From: a virus
Lineage: Duplodnaviria; Caudoviricetes
DNA: 64,000 nt
Virus record (IMG/VR): IMGVR_UViG_3300025401_000648
Direction: 5' to 3' (one strand)
The position numbers were made by a program, and so were the translations under genes. Shown here in pieces: positions 13,701-22,626 of the stretch (position 1 is its first letter; every line of letters starts with the position of its first letter). The notes under the pieces are model-generated. The model saw nothing but the letters and a program-made list of their open reading frames with translations, did not search any database and was not told the origin of the DNA.

Positions 13701-16700
13701 AGGTAGTAGTAACTCAATGGGTCAAACATTGACCATTAAACGTAGTAATACTTCTCTGTTGAATTTGGGATCATATCCAGGTGCTTGGACCAGTGCGCTA
13801 CAGATTCAGGACAACAACGCAAGTAACTGGATTTGGATGAGCCCGCTGACAGGCAATACCCCAACATTGGCCACAAACTACGGTAGCATGTATTTTTACA
13901 TGACTGGTCAAAACACAGGTTTTGCTGGCGCCATGTACAACAACAGTTTTAGAAGTCCAATATTCTATGACTGGAACAACACTGGTTACTATGCAATCCC
14001 AAGTGGTACGTCTGTCTTTAATGCGTTAACTATCAACTCTGGTAGTGTAAACAGCAACGGCCGTTGGCAGTTTGGTCCAAACAGTTCGTGGGGACAATAC
14101 TTATTGATTGGTGGAAACGGTATTGACGGTAGTTATGCGCAAATTGCGGCTACTAGTGGTAACCTACACTTAGAAAGTTTAAGTAGTAGTTATGGTACAT
14201 ACTTAAACTACTATCGTAATGGTCCTATATACTTAATGGGTACAATTTACGCTAACGGTACAATTTACGATAACAATAACACTGGTTATTATGTTGTTCC
14301 CAGGGGTACTAGTAACCTTAACGTATTGTACACTGTTACTCATTACAACTATGCTGATATTGTAACTAACCCTAACGGTAATAACAGTACTCGATATTAT
14401 GGTGGTATTAGTTTCTGGACCAGTGCTGGCGCAAGTACCAGTTACATGGCTTTCAAATACGGTCCATACTTAAACGGTACACACGGTTATCAGTCAGATG
14501 GCTATGGTACATACTTTAGTATGGATACTAGTGGTCGTGCTTGGGTATTCTACAACGCAAGTACAAATGCCAACGTGGCCAGTATTACCAACAACGGTGA
14601 GGCCTACTTCAACGGTAGATTATATGCTGGTACTAGTACAACAAGTCCTATTTTCTACGATGCCAACGATAGTACTTATTTTGTAGATCCTAATAGCCGT
14701 AGCCGTTTAAGCAGTATCGACTACGGTAACAGTGGTTACTATTTTGCCAGCGGTGATTGGGGATGGAGACATAATACTCCCTACGGTTGGATTGAATTTG
14801 GTCCTGCTAACGGTAGCTACGCACACATTTACTCTAACAGTGCTCCATTCTACTTCAACAACAACGTATTCCACGGTGTATTCTATGATTATAACAATAG
14901 TGGATATTATTGTTCTCCAGCTGGTACTTCAAACTTCAGTACGTTATATATGCAGGGTAACTTTATCCCAGCCAGTAGCAACGGTGGCGGTGGTAACTTC
15001 TACTTTGGTAACCAATGGGGTGGAAACGTAGGTGGGAATAACTCTGTAACTGGTATTGGCTACAATGGCGGAAGTGGAAGTCAATTGTTCACATTCAGTT
15101 CGGGTCCTGGGCAACTGTCTGTCCAAGTAGACGGAAGTTTGTTTGCCGGTGACAACGCCAACAGCTGGAACCCCATAGGCATGAACGCCAGCTCCAACGG
15201 TTATCTCAGTATTGCCAACAGTATGCAGAACGGGGGCAGTTCATATACCAACGGAAGTCACTACGTAAGTGGTTACTATTACGACTATGCCAACACTGGA
15301 TATTACCTAAAGGCCAGCGGACAATCTGTATTAAGTTATCTATCTACACGCAGTGGTGCTATGGGTATATATCTAGGTTACTCAGACGAAGGCTCCATCA
15401 GTACCTACAACTTGGTGGGCTTGGGCTATAACGGCAACGACACCAACTACGCGATCTTCAAACCCACGGGTGGTTGGACACAGCCCTTATACATCCAGTT
15501 TTATACTGGTATAAGACACTACAGTCACCATGCTTATGACTCTGGCACCAGTTTCTGGAACATAGCCACTGGTACAAGAATGATGTGGATTGGAGGTGGT
15601 GATGACAACGTGCGTATACAAAGTAGTTTATTCATGTACGGTGCCCACTATGACTACAACAACACAAGCTATTACGTACAACCAGCCGGTGACAGCTACA
15701 TGTATTCAATATTTTCCGGTGGTGGTGTTCGCTTTGCCAGTAGTCAAGGTGACAGAGTCAGTGGCGCACCATGGTACGGTATAGGTCAAAGCAACGTGGG
15801 TGGTTGGATTGGCGCTGGTATGGTACAAGTGGCCAGCTACTATGGTCTGCGACTACGTGGTAATGCCACAGTATTGGATCTAGATGGTCCTAACTATGGT
15901 AACAGCTGGATGTATGCCAGCGGTACTAACTTTGCCATTGACAACCAAATTCGTGCCAACATCTACTACGATATTAATAATACTGGCTACTATATGCAGC
16001 CACGTGGTACTAGTGTGTTCTCTTACATACAGGCCAACAACTATATGTATAGTGCCAATCAGATATATGCCACTATCATGTATGACACCAATGATAGTGG
16101 TTACTTCTGCGACCCTAACGGTAATAGCAGATTAAATTATATTAATGCCAACGCCTTGGGTGGGCCAACTTCCAGCGGAGCACAGCTTGCGGGATCCTAT
16201 GGCGGTGCTTACAACTACTACAGTGATTTCTACAACACTACTGCTGAACGCTATAGCTATGTGGGAGATATTCCAGGCGGCACAGCCAACCCAGGCAATA
16301 CATGGTGGTTCAATACCAACTATCGTCATACCAACGGCGGCGGCTATTGGGGCACACAGGTAGCATGGGGTTGGGAAGATAACGCCAATAGACTGGCACA
16401 GCGTAACGTTAGTAACGGTAACTGGAGTGGTTGGGTCTACTACTTAAACAGTGGCAACTATACGGGCTATAACAGCTATGGCAGCATCTATTTTACCATT
16501 GGTTACGATAATAATAACAGTGGTTATTATATTGACCCAAATAGCACTAGCCAGTTAAGTTATGTTTTGGCAGACAACTGGTTTAGACCACAGGGACAGA
16601 CTGGACTGTACTTCCAAAGTTATGGTTATGGGCTAGTATCAGTCAACGGCTATGGAAGTTATGGTAATGTATCCACATACGGCGGTGGAGTAAACGGCTG

Positions 16701-17226
16701 GCAAGGCTATAATATCCAGTATGGTAATACCACATTCATGGGTAATGGCGGTACATGGGGTATCTATAATGCCGGCGGCGGCTGGGCAATCTACGGACAA
16801 CCCGGTAATTCCACTGTGGGTATTAATGGTGGTAACAACAGTAGCTATGCGTTATTTGTCAACGGTACAGTATATGCCACCAGTAACGTGTATGCTTATT
16901 CTGATGCTCGTAGTAAAGAAAATATTATCACAATTGATAATGCTCTAGGAAAAGTTACACAACTTCGCGGGGTATACTACAACAGAACTGATCGACCAGA
17001 GGGCGAAGAATCAGGATACACTAGTACTCTAAATTCTAGAGAATTAGGTGTTATTGCTCAAGAAATAATGGCGACAGTTCCAGAAGTAGTTTCATACTCT
17101 AAAAATACTGATAGATATGGAGTTAACTACGGTAACTTGGCTGGACTTTTCATTGAAGCTATCAAAGATTTGAAGAAAGAAATTGAGGATCTGCGATCTG
17201 AGTTAAATATGCTTAAAGGAAATTAA
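10768..17226 (+). CDS. Giant tail-fibre protein with C-terminal peptidase S74-type intramolecular chaperone (2152 aa)
   Basis: C-terminal YSDARSKENI...LRGVYYN...GVIAQE...VNYGNL plus coiled-coil end; TAAATA at 10740-10745. Confidence 0.85.
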   Translation: MALTDKDIVITPNKGASATTPSTINFVGADASNSASITLQVFNNGTTGILGFLGNTTGNPAMAITDTATQKVAIGSTATSGSYTLTVTGTAGASTAMYAPVYYDTLGSGAYYITSAGTSHVQAISALGTETSTHDPYGLIAVTRGTGANYSYYGLTRQSSVGMGIGIDTSNNLWFGGTSGGINATRSSIYFYTDLSGNVYANTSFRAPTFYSSSNSAYYLNLNAATGTILSTAASTDTLGYNPTYGIYIGGTPSGVYLYNGGTSGYPNSPVWVKGGTAYAVLTSGNVGSYAIGTSGGTITGQLDISFNNSTVISTYANVGNAQLRLDNPTGSQSHIVWTYNGSLLGTQRVDSSGNMVLNANSSNFYFNNDLAVGSSIKLVAVNATFLTANNSGNVTFPQNFYGPRFYDSNNNGYYVVPSGTSVLNAANFGGTVQFGPTSGSNYNENMRLVRSSANSYVSIAMAADTSGSGQTSGQFTHLVYPSGTNGGAFAIRANSTDALQISTTPNVTIPTGGLYVSTGNSYVYGTMYDYQNAAYYVKPSSTSNLNIGYFAGYLQASTVLQVNGSGLAVPTSYKNVPGITPGTSGASWIRGSSTIIQAGASNTDGTGWAYGSRFSSVDYGDGLATSVDVLYAGPSWTNDVMTWSGRSGRIGNVGINNTAPTHKLHIYTGNTEDGIIIDANTYPEIVFATQGTTRGYVAWSNANGGYGASNAGMVMQSTGNYTTFITGNGSYQPLILSTNNAYLTGTLYDNSNSAYYLKPSGTSNLSTLYTYEFLKRHNRYNTGEAYPVSYHSDGDLVWSLDPTWDNTELQTYFGNSNVSWVADSTAPGGYAISIVGGVNVGSNTYGSGFPMIPIDSVDDMFYMEVWIRNVSGSNGHYMGSIDYNESFGNLGGNPGSYGYWVMVGNNPGSSWTKYYGYITGFSSSTYGTFKTGAKYWTPQALFNYTGGGTTYISGWKVLRVNRQTSMVINTPNGSSSTGSSNSMGQTLTIKRSNTSLLNLGSYPGAWTSALQIQDNNASNWIWMSPLTGNTPTLATNYGSMYFYMTGQNTGFAGAMYNNSFRSPIFYDWNNTGYYAIPSGTSVFNALTINSGSVNSNGRWQFGPNSSWGQYLLIGGNGIDGSYAQIAATSGNLHLESLSSSYGTYLNYYRNGPIYLMGTIYANGTIYDNNNTGYYVVPRGTSNLNVLYTVTHYNYADIVTNPNGNNSTRYYGGISFWTSAGASTSYMAFKYGPYLNGTHGYQSDGYGTYFSMDTSGRAWVFYNASTNANVASITNNGEAYFNGRLYAGTSTTSPIFYDANDSTYFVDPNSRSRLSSIDYGNSGYYFASGDWGWRHNTPYGWIEFGPANGSYAHIYSNSAPFYFNNNVFHGVFYDYNNSGYYCSPAGTSNFSTLYMQGNFIPASSNGGGGNFYFGNQWGGNVGGNNSVTGIGYNGGSGSQLFTFSSGPGQLSVQVDGSLFAGDNANSWNPIGMNASSNGYLSIANSMQNGGSSYTNGSHYVSGYYYDYANTGYYLKASGQSVLSYLSTRSGAMGIYLGYSDEGSISTYNLVGLGYNGNDTNYAIFKPTGGWTQPLYIQFYTGIRHYSHHAYDSGTSFWNIATGTRMMWIGGGDDNVRIQSSLFMYGAHYDYNNTSYYVQPAGDSYMYSIFSGGGVRFASSQGDRVSGAPWYGIGQSNVGGWIGAGMVQVASYYGLRLRGNATVLDLDGPNYGNSWMYASGTNFAIDNQIRANIYYDINNTGYYMQPRGTSVFSYIQANNYMYSANQIYATIMYDTNDSGYFCDPNGNSRLNYINANALGGPTSSGAQLAGSYGGAYNYYSDFYNTTAERYSYVGDIPGGTANPGNTWWFNTNYRHTNGGGYWGTQVAWGWEDNANRLAQRNVSNGNWSGWVYYLNSGNYTGYNSYGSIYFTIGYDNNNSGYYIDPNSTSQLSYVLADNWFRPQGQTGLYFQSYGYGLVSVNGYGSYGNVSTYGGGVNGWQGYNIQYGNTTFMGNGGTWGIYNAGGGWAIYGQPGNSTVGINGGNNSSYALFVNGTVYATSNVYAYSDARSKENIITIDNALGKVTQLRGVYYNRTDRPEGEESGYTSTLNSRELGVIAQEIMATVPEVVSYSKNTDRYGVNYGNLAGLFIEAIKDLKKEIEDLRSELNMLKGN
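11060..16560 (+). repeat. Dispersed protein-level linker repeat YDxxNxxYYxxPxxxS (about 14 copies)
   Basis: Counted in the translation, e.g. FYDSNNNGYYVVPSGTS, IYDNNNTGYYVVPRGTS, GYDNNNSGYYIDPNSTS; the first two copies are degenerate. Confidence 0.85.
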
Positions 17227-17229
17227 CAA

Positions 17230-17574
17230 ATGGCGATTACTAAAACTTCAGAAGTAGTGGGTATTAGATTCCACGCTGCATCAACACAGCCTACAATAGG
17301 CTTGGTTGCTGAAAAAGAAGATGTATTTTTTGTAGATAGTCTAGTTAGTTATACGGACTCTGATACCAATGTTACAACAACACAGCTAGTATCAAATAGA
17401 TTGAAAGCAAACAGTGATATTTCCAGTGAATCCACTGTAACTCAAGCTGTTTGGGGTATATTTTTTGCGGATACAGCACAAGAACAAGCGGCAATTGCCT
17501 TGGCGGCAGCGGCAGCTTTGGCTGCGGCAACCAGTGCTACAAACACAGTTACCAACATAACTACATCTACATAA
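17230..17574 (+). CDS. Hypothetical tail-fibre-associated protein
   Basis: Follows the fibre gene by 3 nt with an AAGGA SD; Ala-rich C-terminus. Confidence 0.55.
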   Translation: MAITKTSEVVGIRFHAASTQPTIGLVAEKEDVFFVDSLVSYTDSDTNVTTTQLVSNRLKANSDISSESTVTQAVWGIFFADTAQEQAAIALAAAAALAAATSATNTVTNITTST

Positions 17575-17614
17575 ATAAACAATAATAAGCCAACATATCT
17601 TTAGGAGACAAATA

Positions 17615-18025
17615 ATGGCAACTGATATTCCATCATCAACAGTATTAACTTTCACTGACGGGTCAACCAGCACCGTTACGTACAGTTGGTCTGTTCACAC
17701 ATTAAAAACCAAAACAGAAGGTACTAATACCAATTCTGTAATTCATGCTCAGTGGAATCTAACTGCTACTGATCAACACGGAAATGAAGGCAGTTTCCGC
17801 GGAGCAACACCATTTACCAGCATTGGATCTCCAGATCCGTTCATTCAATTCAGTGATCTAGATGAAGATACTGTATTGAGTTGGGTTAAAGATATAGTAG
17901 TTGGCAGTTATGCCGAACACATCCAAGAGCAAATTTTTAAAGCCTTAGATGAAAAAGTTAATGCCACTGCTGAACCAACATTGCCATGGGCAAGTACATC
18001 TACAGTTGCTCCTCCTCCAGTTTGA
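17615..18025 (+). CDS. Probable tail-fibre assembly/accessory protein
   Basis: TAAATA 17572-17577 and AGGAG SD; YSWSV...HAQW...PFIQFSDLDEDTVLSWVK pattern typical of small proteins next to phage fibre genes. Confidence 0.6.
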   Translation: MATDIPSSTVLTFTDGSTSTVTYSWSVHTLKTKTEGTNTNSVIHAQWNLTATDQHGNEGSFRGATPFTSIGSPDPFIQFSDLDEDTVLSWVKDIVVGSYAEHIQEQIFKALDEKVNATAEPTLPWASTSTVAPPPV

Positions 18026-18102
18026 TAACTCAAGATATTAAATCTGGCCAATCCTAAAGTATAAGTATTGTTACCTATTTTGCAAAATAAGGAGAAAAAG
18101 GT

Positions 18103-18318
18103 ATGAATGATCAAATGATCGAATTAAGTGTTGACATCAACACATTTAACATTATCATCCAAGGTTTGGATGAAATGCCTCACAAACTAAGCCGTCGTGT
18201 AATCGACGAACTAGCTCGTCAGGCACAACCACAAGTTCAACAACAAGGTGGCGCAATGGGCATGGCCCCAAATGCTGATGCTCCTCAAGGTCCATTGGGT
18301 AGCAAAGTTGTTAACTAA
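18103..18318 (+). CDS. Hypothetical protein (71 aa)
   Basis: AAGGAG SD; last gene before a terminator. Confidence 0.6.
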   Translation: MNDQMIELSVDINTFNIIIQGLDEMPHKLSRRVIDELARQAQPQVQQQGGAMGMAPNADAPQGPLGSKVVN

Positions 18319-18338
18319 TCAGTGATTGACTGAAAACT

Positions 18339-18366
18339 AAAAAGCCCCATTCATTGGGGCTTTTTT
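18339..18366. terminator. Bidirectional intrinsic terminator
   Basis: AAAAAGCCCCA-TTCAT-TGGGGCTTTTTT between convergent genes. Confidence 0.9.
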
Positions 18367-19552
18367 ATTTGTCAAAATAATTATATCCTAATTCTCGATC
18401 AAATATTCGCCATACATAGACATCAAATGGCGCAATGATCATATTACCGCCTTGTCTTTTTAAATCTTCATAATTATTTTTGTAGTAATCGACGGCTGTT
18501 TGAAATTGGGGTGTGTTCTTTAAATAATAAGATGTTTTTTCTTTGGTTGTTTGCCAAAATTTGGTATCATAAGTAGACCCACCGTGATATATGAATCGAT
18601 AAAACATAATCAATGATTCCATATCTTCTCTAGTGTATTTTATCAAGGCTTTTTTGGATACTTTGCCATTAATCATCAATAGATATCTCATGTTTAGGCT
18701 AGTGTAATATTCCATTGACATAGCTTCCATGGGTTCAAAGAACATAAATCTATTGCCATTTTTTAATATTCTACCATCTATCAAATTATCAGTGGCATAA
18801 TAAGGATTGAATGCGTACTCTCTAAAATTAGTTTCTTCAGGATCTAATTGTAAAATATCACAAACGTCTTCAATAGCATCATTCTTAGATGTTATGTCGC
18901 TGTTGTACATATATCCCCACCCTTGTCTAGATTGAAGTGGGATGCCAAACATCCATCCATGTTTGTGTGCCCAATGATGTGTGTAGTTCCAATCTCCAGG
19001 CTTCTGTATAGCAGTGACCAGTGCGCTATTCAGCGGTAGATCAATCATGGTATACCCCTTATAGTCTTTGGGGAACCCACCGCAGTCAATAACATAATCG
19101 TATTGACTTATTTGATTATTGATGGAAACTTCAACAGATCGTTCAGTGTTTTTAAAATAATCCACAGTACCTTCATGAATAACAAATCTAGTAGGATACT
19201 TTTCTTTAAACCTCATGAAGGCAAAATCTTTAAGACGTGTATTATCAAAATGCAACGCATAGGCCTGGGGGATTAACCAACTATGAAAACTATGCTCACG
19301 CCAATTTGAATATTTGACACTGAATTTTACCGTGGCATCTAAATGATGACTGTCCCTAGCAATAATAAAATCTGTGCCTTTGAATAGAGCATTGGGCGCA
19401 AGAGTACTGGTTGCTTCACCAACCCCTAAGATTGGTATTTTTGGATCATGTACAGAATGTATTTCCCAATCGTCACCCAACCCTTCTAGCATTTGACTCA
19501 GTGTCAAAATACCAGCAGAGCCTACTCCAATTACTAACATTCTTTTTTTCAT
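18365..19552 (-). CDS. Flavin-dependent tryptophan-halogenase-like oxidoreductase
   Basis: N-terminal GxGxxG (IGVGSAG), GVGEATS, YVIDCGG, GWMFGIP (WxWxIP-like), FFEPMEA. Confidence 0.75.
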   Translation of the reverse strand: MKKRMLVIGVGSAGILTLSQMLEGLGDDWEIHSVHDPKIPILGVGEATSTLAPNALFKGTDFIIARDSHHLDATVKFSVKYSNWREHSFHSWLIPQAYALHFDNTRLKDFAFMRFKEKYPTRFVIHEGTVDYFKNTERSVEVSINNQISQYDYVIDCGGFPKDYKGYTMIDLPLNSALVTAIQKPGDWNYTHHWAHKHGWMFGIPLQSRQGWGYMYNSDITSKNDAIEDVCDILQLDPEETNFREYAFNPYYATDNLIDGRILKNGNRFMFFEPMEAMSMEYYTSLNMRYLLMINGKVSKKALIKYTREDMESLIMFYRFIYHGGSTYDTKFWQTTKEKTSYYLKNTPQFQTAVDYYKNNYEDLKRQGGNMIIAPFDVYVWRIFDRELGYNYFDK

Positions 19553-19565
19553 AGTTAATTATAAA

Positions 19566-20006
19566 TTAAATTAAGTCCAAGAGCAATTCTAATTTGGCCT
19601 TGACCACTCGATTGTTGAGACTGTTTTTTACCCCCGAATGCAAGGGTTTGGGCCACGCACTGTAACTACACCAAGCATAGCTAGTATGTTCGTCATTTAG
19701 TACAGGAATAAACTCCTTTTCAACAATCAACACATAGGTATTGTATTGAAAATTATCATCGCTGGACACAAATAATTCTAACGGAACTATTTTTTTTATT
19801 TTAGGGGGTTTGCCCACTTCTTCCAATATTTCTCTATGTAGCGCATCAACAGCAGTGACATCGGTGGGTTCTTTTTTGCCACCAACTAGTCCCCAAGTAC
19901 CAGATGTTTTACCTTGATTTCTTAACAGTAATAGAAACCTTTTGGTGTCCTCAGCAAGGAATAGTCCGCCACTACAAATAATTTGATTTAAAGGATTAAC
20001 CGCCAT
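19566..20006 (-). CDS. NUDIX hydrolase
   Basis: Nudix box GGKKEPTDVTAVDALHREILEEVG. Confidence 0.9.
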   Translation of the reverse strand: MAVNPLNQIICSGGLFLAEDTKRFLLLLRNQGKTSGTWGLVGGKKEPTDVTAVDALHREILEEVGKPPKIKKIVPLELFVSSDDNFQYNTYVLIVEKEFIPVLNDEHTSYAWCSYSAWPKPLHSGVKNSLNNRVVKAKLELLLDLI

Positions 20007-21352
20007 GATGCCTTATCGTATACACCATCGTAACTCTTGCCCCACTCGGTGCCGTTCCACATGTATTGTATACCCGTATAAGCATTAGTTATGTATGTTA
20101 CAGTAGTGCTGGCAGCAGAATTGAATATAACACTCCATGATGATCCATTCCACTGTATAATGTCATTGGCATGAGCAACAAATCCTGACCCATCACTGTT
20201 TAACCATGCTGACGGACCTATCACAGGCACAGAGTGTATATCCTCTAAAATTAGATATCTAGTGCCTGCTACTTTGACACTGGGGTTAAATGTATCTGGA
20301 TTAATAACAGCATCCACTGAACCTCTTCCATCAATAATAGTATTTTCAGGTATGGTGGCTGCATCAAAATTTAATATCATCTTTGTTTCATCTGTTGGAC
20401 TTAGAGTCATGAATGCCACAATTTCTAAACCGTTGGGTTTCTTTAATCTTAGTTGACTCAACCCTGCTGTAAATTTTCCTGGATACAAGCCTAATACTGC
20501 GTTCCAAGAAATTGGCGGCTGATTGGCATTTATATCTAAATTAGTAAATGTGTTGGCCTGCAAAGTAGCAACACCATCTAAAACCAGCAAGTTGTAATCA
20601 GTTGGTGTAACGACCACACTGACATCTGGGGTGCCAAATATTTGAGCACCATAACCTGCTTCTAGTCCAGATATCAATCCCTGTGTATCATCAAATACAT
20701 TGGAAATAATTTGTGTAACAATGTTTAGTTGTGTGACATTGGCTGGGGGTGAAATCCATATAGGGCTTTCAAAAACCAATGATGATATATCAATATCTTG
20801 TTCCAGTCCTTGAGGAATTTGTCTGCTGGACCAATTACCTTGATCAGTCAATGTTAACGTGATAAGACTGGTCCAGTCCACATAGTTATCGGTAGTTTGT
20901 AAATTTAAACTAGGATTGAACACCATGGCAATTTGTTCAATTATTTGAAATTTTTGATCAGTATTACTGGTCCAGATATCTGCGGCAAAAGTTACCTTAT
21001 AGGGACTGGGCATGATTCTTTCCACAGTGTAATTATTACCCTGTGTGTTTAGCAAATTCCCATTGGCATCAATAGCACGTTGTTGCAGATTGACTGTACT
21101 GACAAATGTTGGATCCTGTAGTCTAGTGCGATCATACTTCATATCCTTGATGTAGCAGGCAATCAAAGGTGCGCTGGGCACTGTATTTTCACTGTTCTTT
21201 CTCAGTATTTGACCCACTTGTCTACTTAGGTCGCCGTAACGTACTGGTACCTGTGTAATTTTACCTGTGGCATCTTTATAACTGAAATTACTCATCAGTC
21301 GAATAAATTGAGTGATATATCGGCGCAGTTGGCCATCATAAAAATATTGAAT
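19988..21352 (-). CDS. T4 gp15-like tail terminator/sheath stabiliser (proposed ATT start; ORF track starts at 21295)
   Basis: PSPYK..F..DIWTSNTDQK.QI.EQI...FNP core; reading frame extends upstream as IQYFYDGQLRRYITQFIRL with no ATG/GTG/TTG before an in-frame TAA. Confidence 0.7.
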   Translation of the reverse strand: MQYFYDGQLRRYITQFIRLMSNFSYKDATGKITQVPVRYGDLSRQVGQILRKNSENTVPSAPLIACYIKDMKYDRTRLQDPTFVSTVNLQQRAIDANGNLLNTQGNNYTVERIMPSPYKVTFAADIWTSNTDQKFQIIEQIAMVFNPSLNLQTTDNYVDWTSLITLTLTDQGNWSSRQIPQGLEQDIDISSLVFESPIWISPPANVTQLNIVTQIISNVFDDTQGLISGLEAGYGAQIFGTPDVSVVVTPTDYNLLVLDGVATLQANTFTNLDINANQPPISWNAVLGLYPGKFTAGLSQLRLKKPNGLEIVAFMTLSPTDETKMILNFDAATIPENTIIDGRGSVDAVINPDTFNPSVKVAGTRYLILEDIHSVPVIGPSAWLNSDGSGFVAHANDIIQWNGSSWSVIFNSAASTTVTYITNAYTGIQYMWNGTEWGKSYDGVYDKASWRLIL

Positions 21353-21356
21353 AATA

Positions 21357-21404
21357 TTACAACGGCGTTAAGCCGTAGCCTCCTTTAAATTTATAGATAT
21401 ACAT
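21357..21404 (-). pseudogene. 15-codon mini-ORF MYIYKFKGGYGLTPL, probable collapsed GIY-YIG endonuclease relic
   Basis: ATG 4 nt after the gp14-like stop; MYIYK resembles GIY-YIG N-termini; contains AAAGGAGG and an ACGGC/GCCGT hairpin. Confidence 0.5.
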
Positions 21405-21408
21405 ATTT

Positions 21409-22626
21409 TTAGAGATCCGCTTTAGGTTTTAATACTTTACTCAATGGTTGACGTTGTGGATATGTTAATCCATCATTCAGTGTTATAGTAGCAGTATTAT
21501 TAATGAATCCAGTTTTTTCTGTTAGTCTAACTTGTTGTCCAGCAAACACTGTACCTGGCGCAACATCACTGCTACTGAAATTATTCATGGTCATTCTAAC
21601 ATCTTTTTGCCATTGTATCCAATGTTTACCATCAAATCTATAAAGTACATTTGGCAAATAGTCTGTTCTTAAAAAGAATTGACCTACCACTGCTCCGCCT
21701 GGAAATTCAATACCAGCGCTAAATGGTGCGCCATCAGGAGGTTGAGTACCACCTCCGTTGGGATAAGAAACATATTCAATCTTGCTGGGACTATGTAGCA
21801 CAATACTGGCATCATAGGCAGGTTGTTCAATACTAGCATCTTGATCCATTGTTGATGCGTCGGCAACGTCTAATAGCCCAGCATCTGTAAGAGGTACGAT
21901 GTACAAAGGGGTAGTGTCAAATCCACTTTGTGGCGCATCCAGTGTTGCTTGGGCGATAATTTGATTATTAATATCAACACTTTGTTGATATGTACTCAGT
22001 AGGTCTCGCAATGTGCTGCCGTCTCCATTACCAGCATCTTGATCAAAGATTTGTTTGTATTCTTGACTATCTACTAGAGGTACACATTTAGCACGTAGTA
22101 AGTGCGGGTACCATGTAGGGCTATATCCAGCCGCTGGACGAGTAACGTCTTGAACAACATAAAATCTTTTTAAGGCCACCAACGATTCGTCTAGTCCATA
22201 CTCGTCTTTTAAGTGAGGTAATTCAATGACATCGCCAGGCATAATTTTTCTAGACAGCGCATCTACAGTGCCGCGTAGGTGAAACATGATAAAAATATTA
22301 TCGTTACTTAAAAACATACCAAACTGACTTAGATTAAAATCCAAATCCTGCATGGTATAGATTCCACGGATAACATAAATGTCAGGAGCATAGTTTCTAT
22401 CTCTATTTTCCATTAAAAGCACATCTTGGATACTTAATTCAGGAATAGGATTAGCACTAGTATCTGGAACTGCCGGGGTAGCAGTCCCCTCTGCTGGATT
22501 TACAGGTCCTAGATATTTGTGAACAAATACATCAGTCCCACCAACTTGGAATTCTTCATTGATAATTCTATCAAGGAATCTAAAATCATTGCCCTTTTCG
22601 GGTTTGTATAAACTTAGACGAGGAAT
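21409..22626 (-). CDS. T4 gp14-like neck protein (proposed ATT start; ORF track starts at TTG 22653)
   Basis: PRLSLYKPEKGNDFRFLDR N-terminus, GGTDVFVHKYLGP, DLDFNLSQFG, GDVIELPHL; AAGGAG lies 7 nt before ATT. Confidence 0.7.
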   Translation of the reverse strand: MPRLSLYKPEKGNDFRFLDRIINEEFQVGGTDVFVHKYLGPVNPAEGTATPAVPDTSANPIPELSIQDVLLMENRDRNYAPDIYVIRGIYTMQDLDFNLSQFGMFLSNDNIFIMFHLRGTVDALSRKIMPGDVIELPHLKDEYGLDESLVALKRFYVVQDVTRPAAGYSPTWYPHLLRAKCVPLVDSQEYKQIFDQDAGNGDGSTLRDLLSTYQQSVDINNQIIAQATLDAPQSGFDTTPLYIVPLTDAGLLDVADASTMDQDASIEQPAYDASIVLHSPSKIEYVSYPNGGGTQPPDGAPFSAGIEFPGGAVVGQFFLRTDYLPNVLYRFDGKHWIQWQKDVRMTMNNFSSSDVAPGTVFAGQQVRLTEKTGFINNTATITLNDGLTYPQRQPLSKVLKPKADL

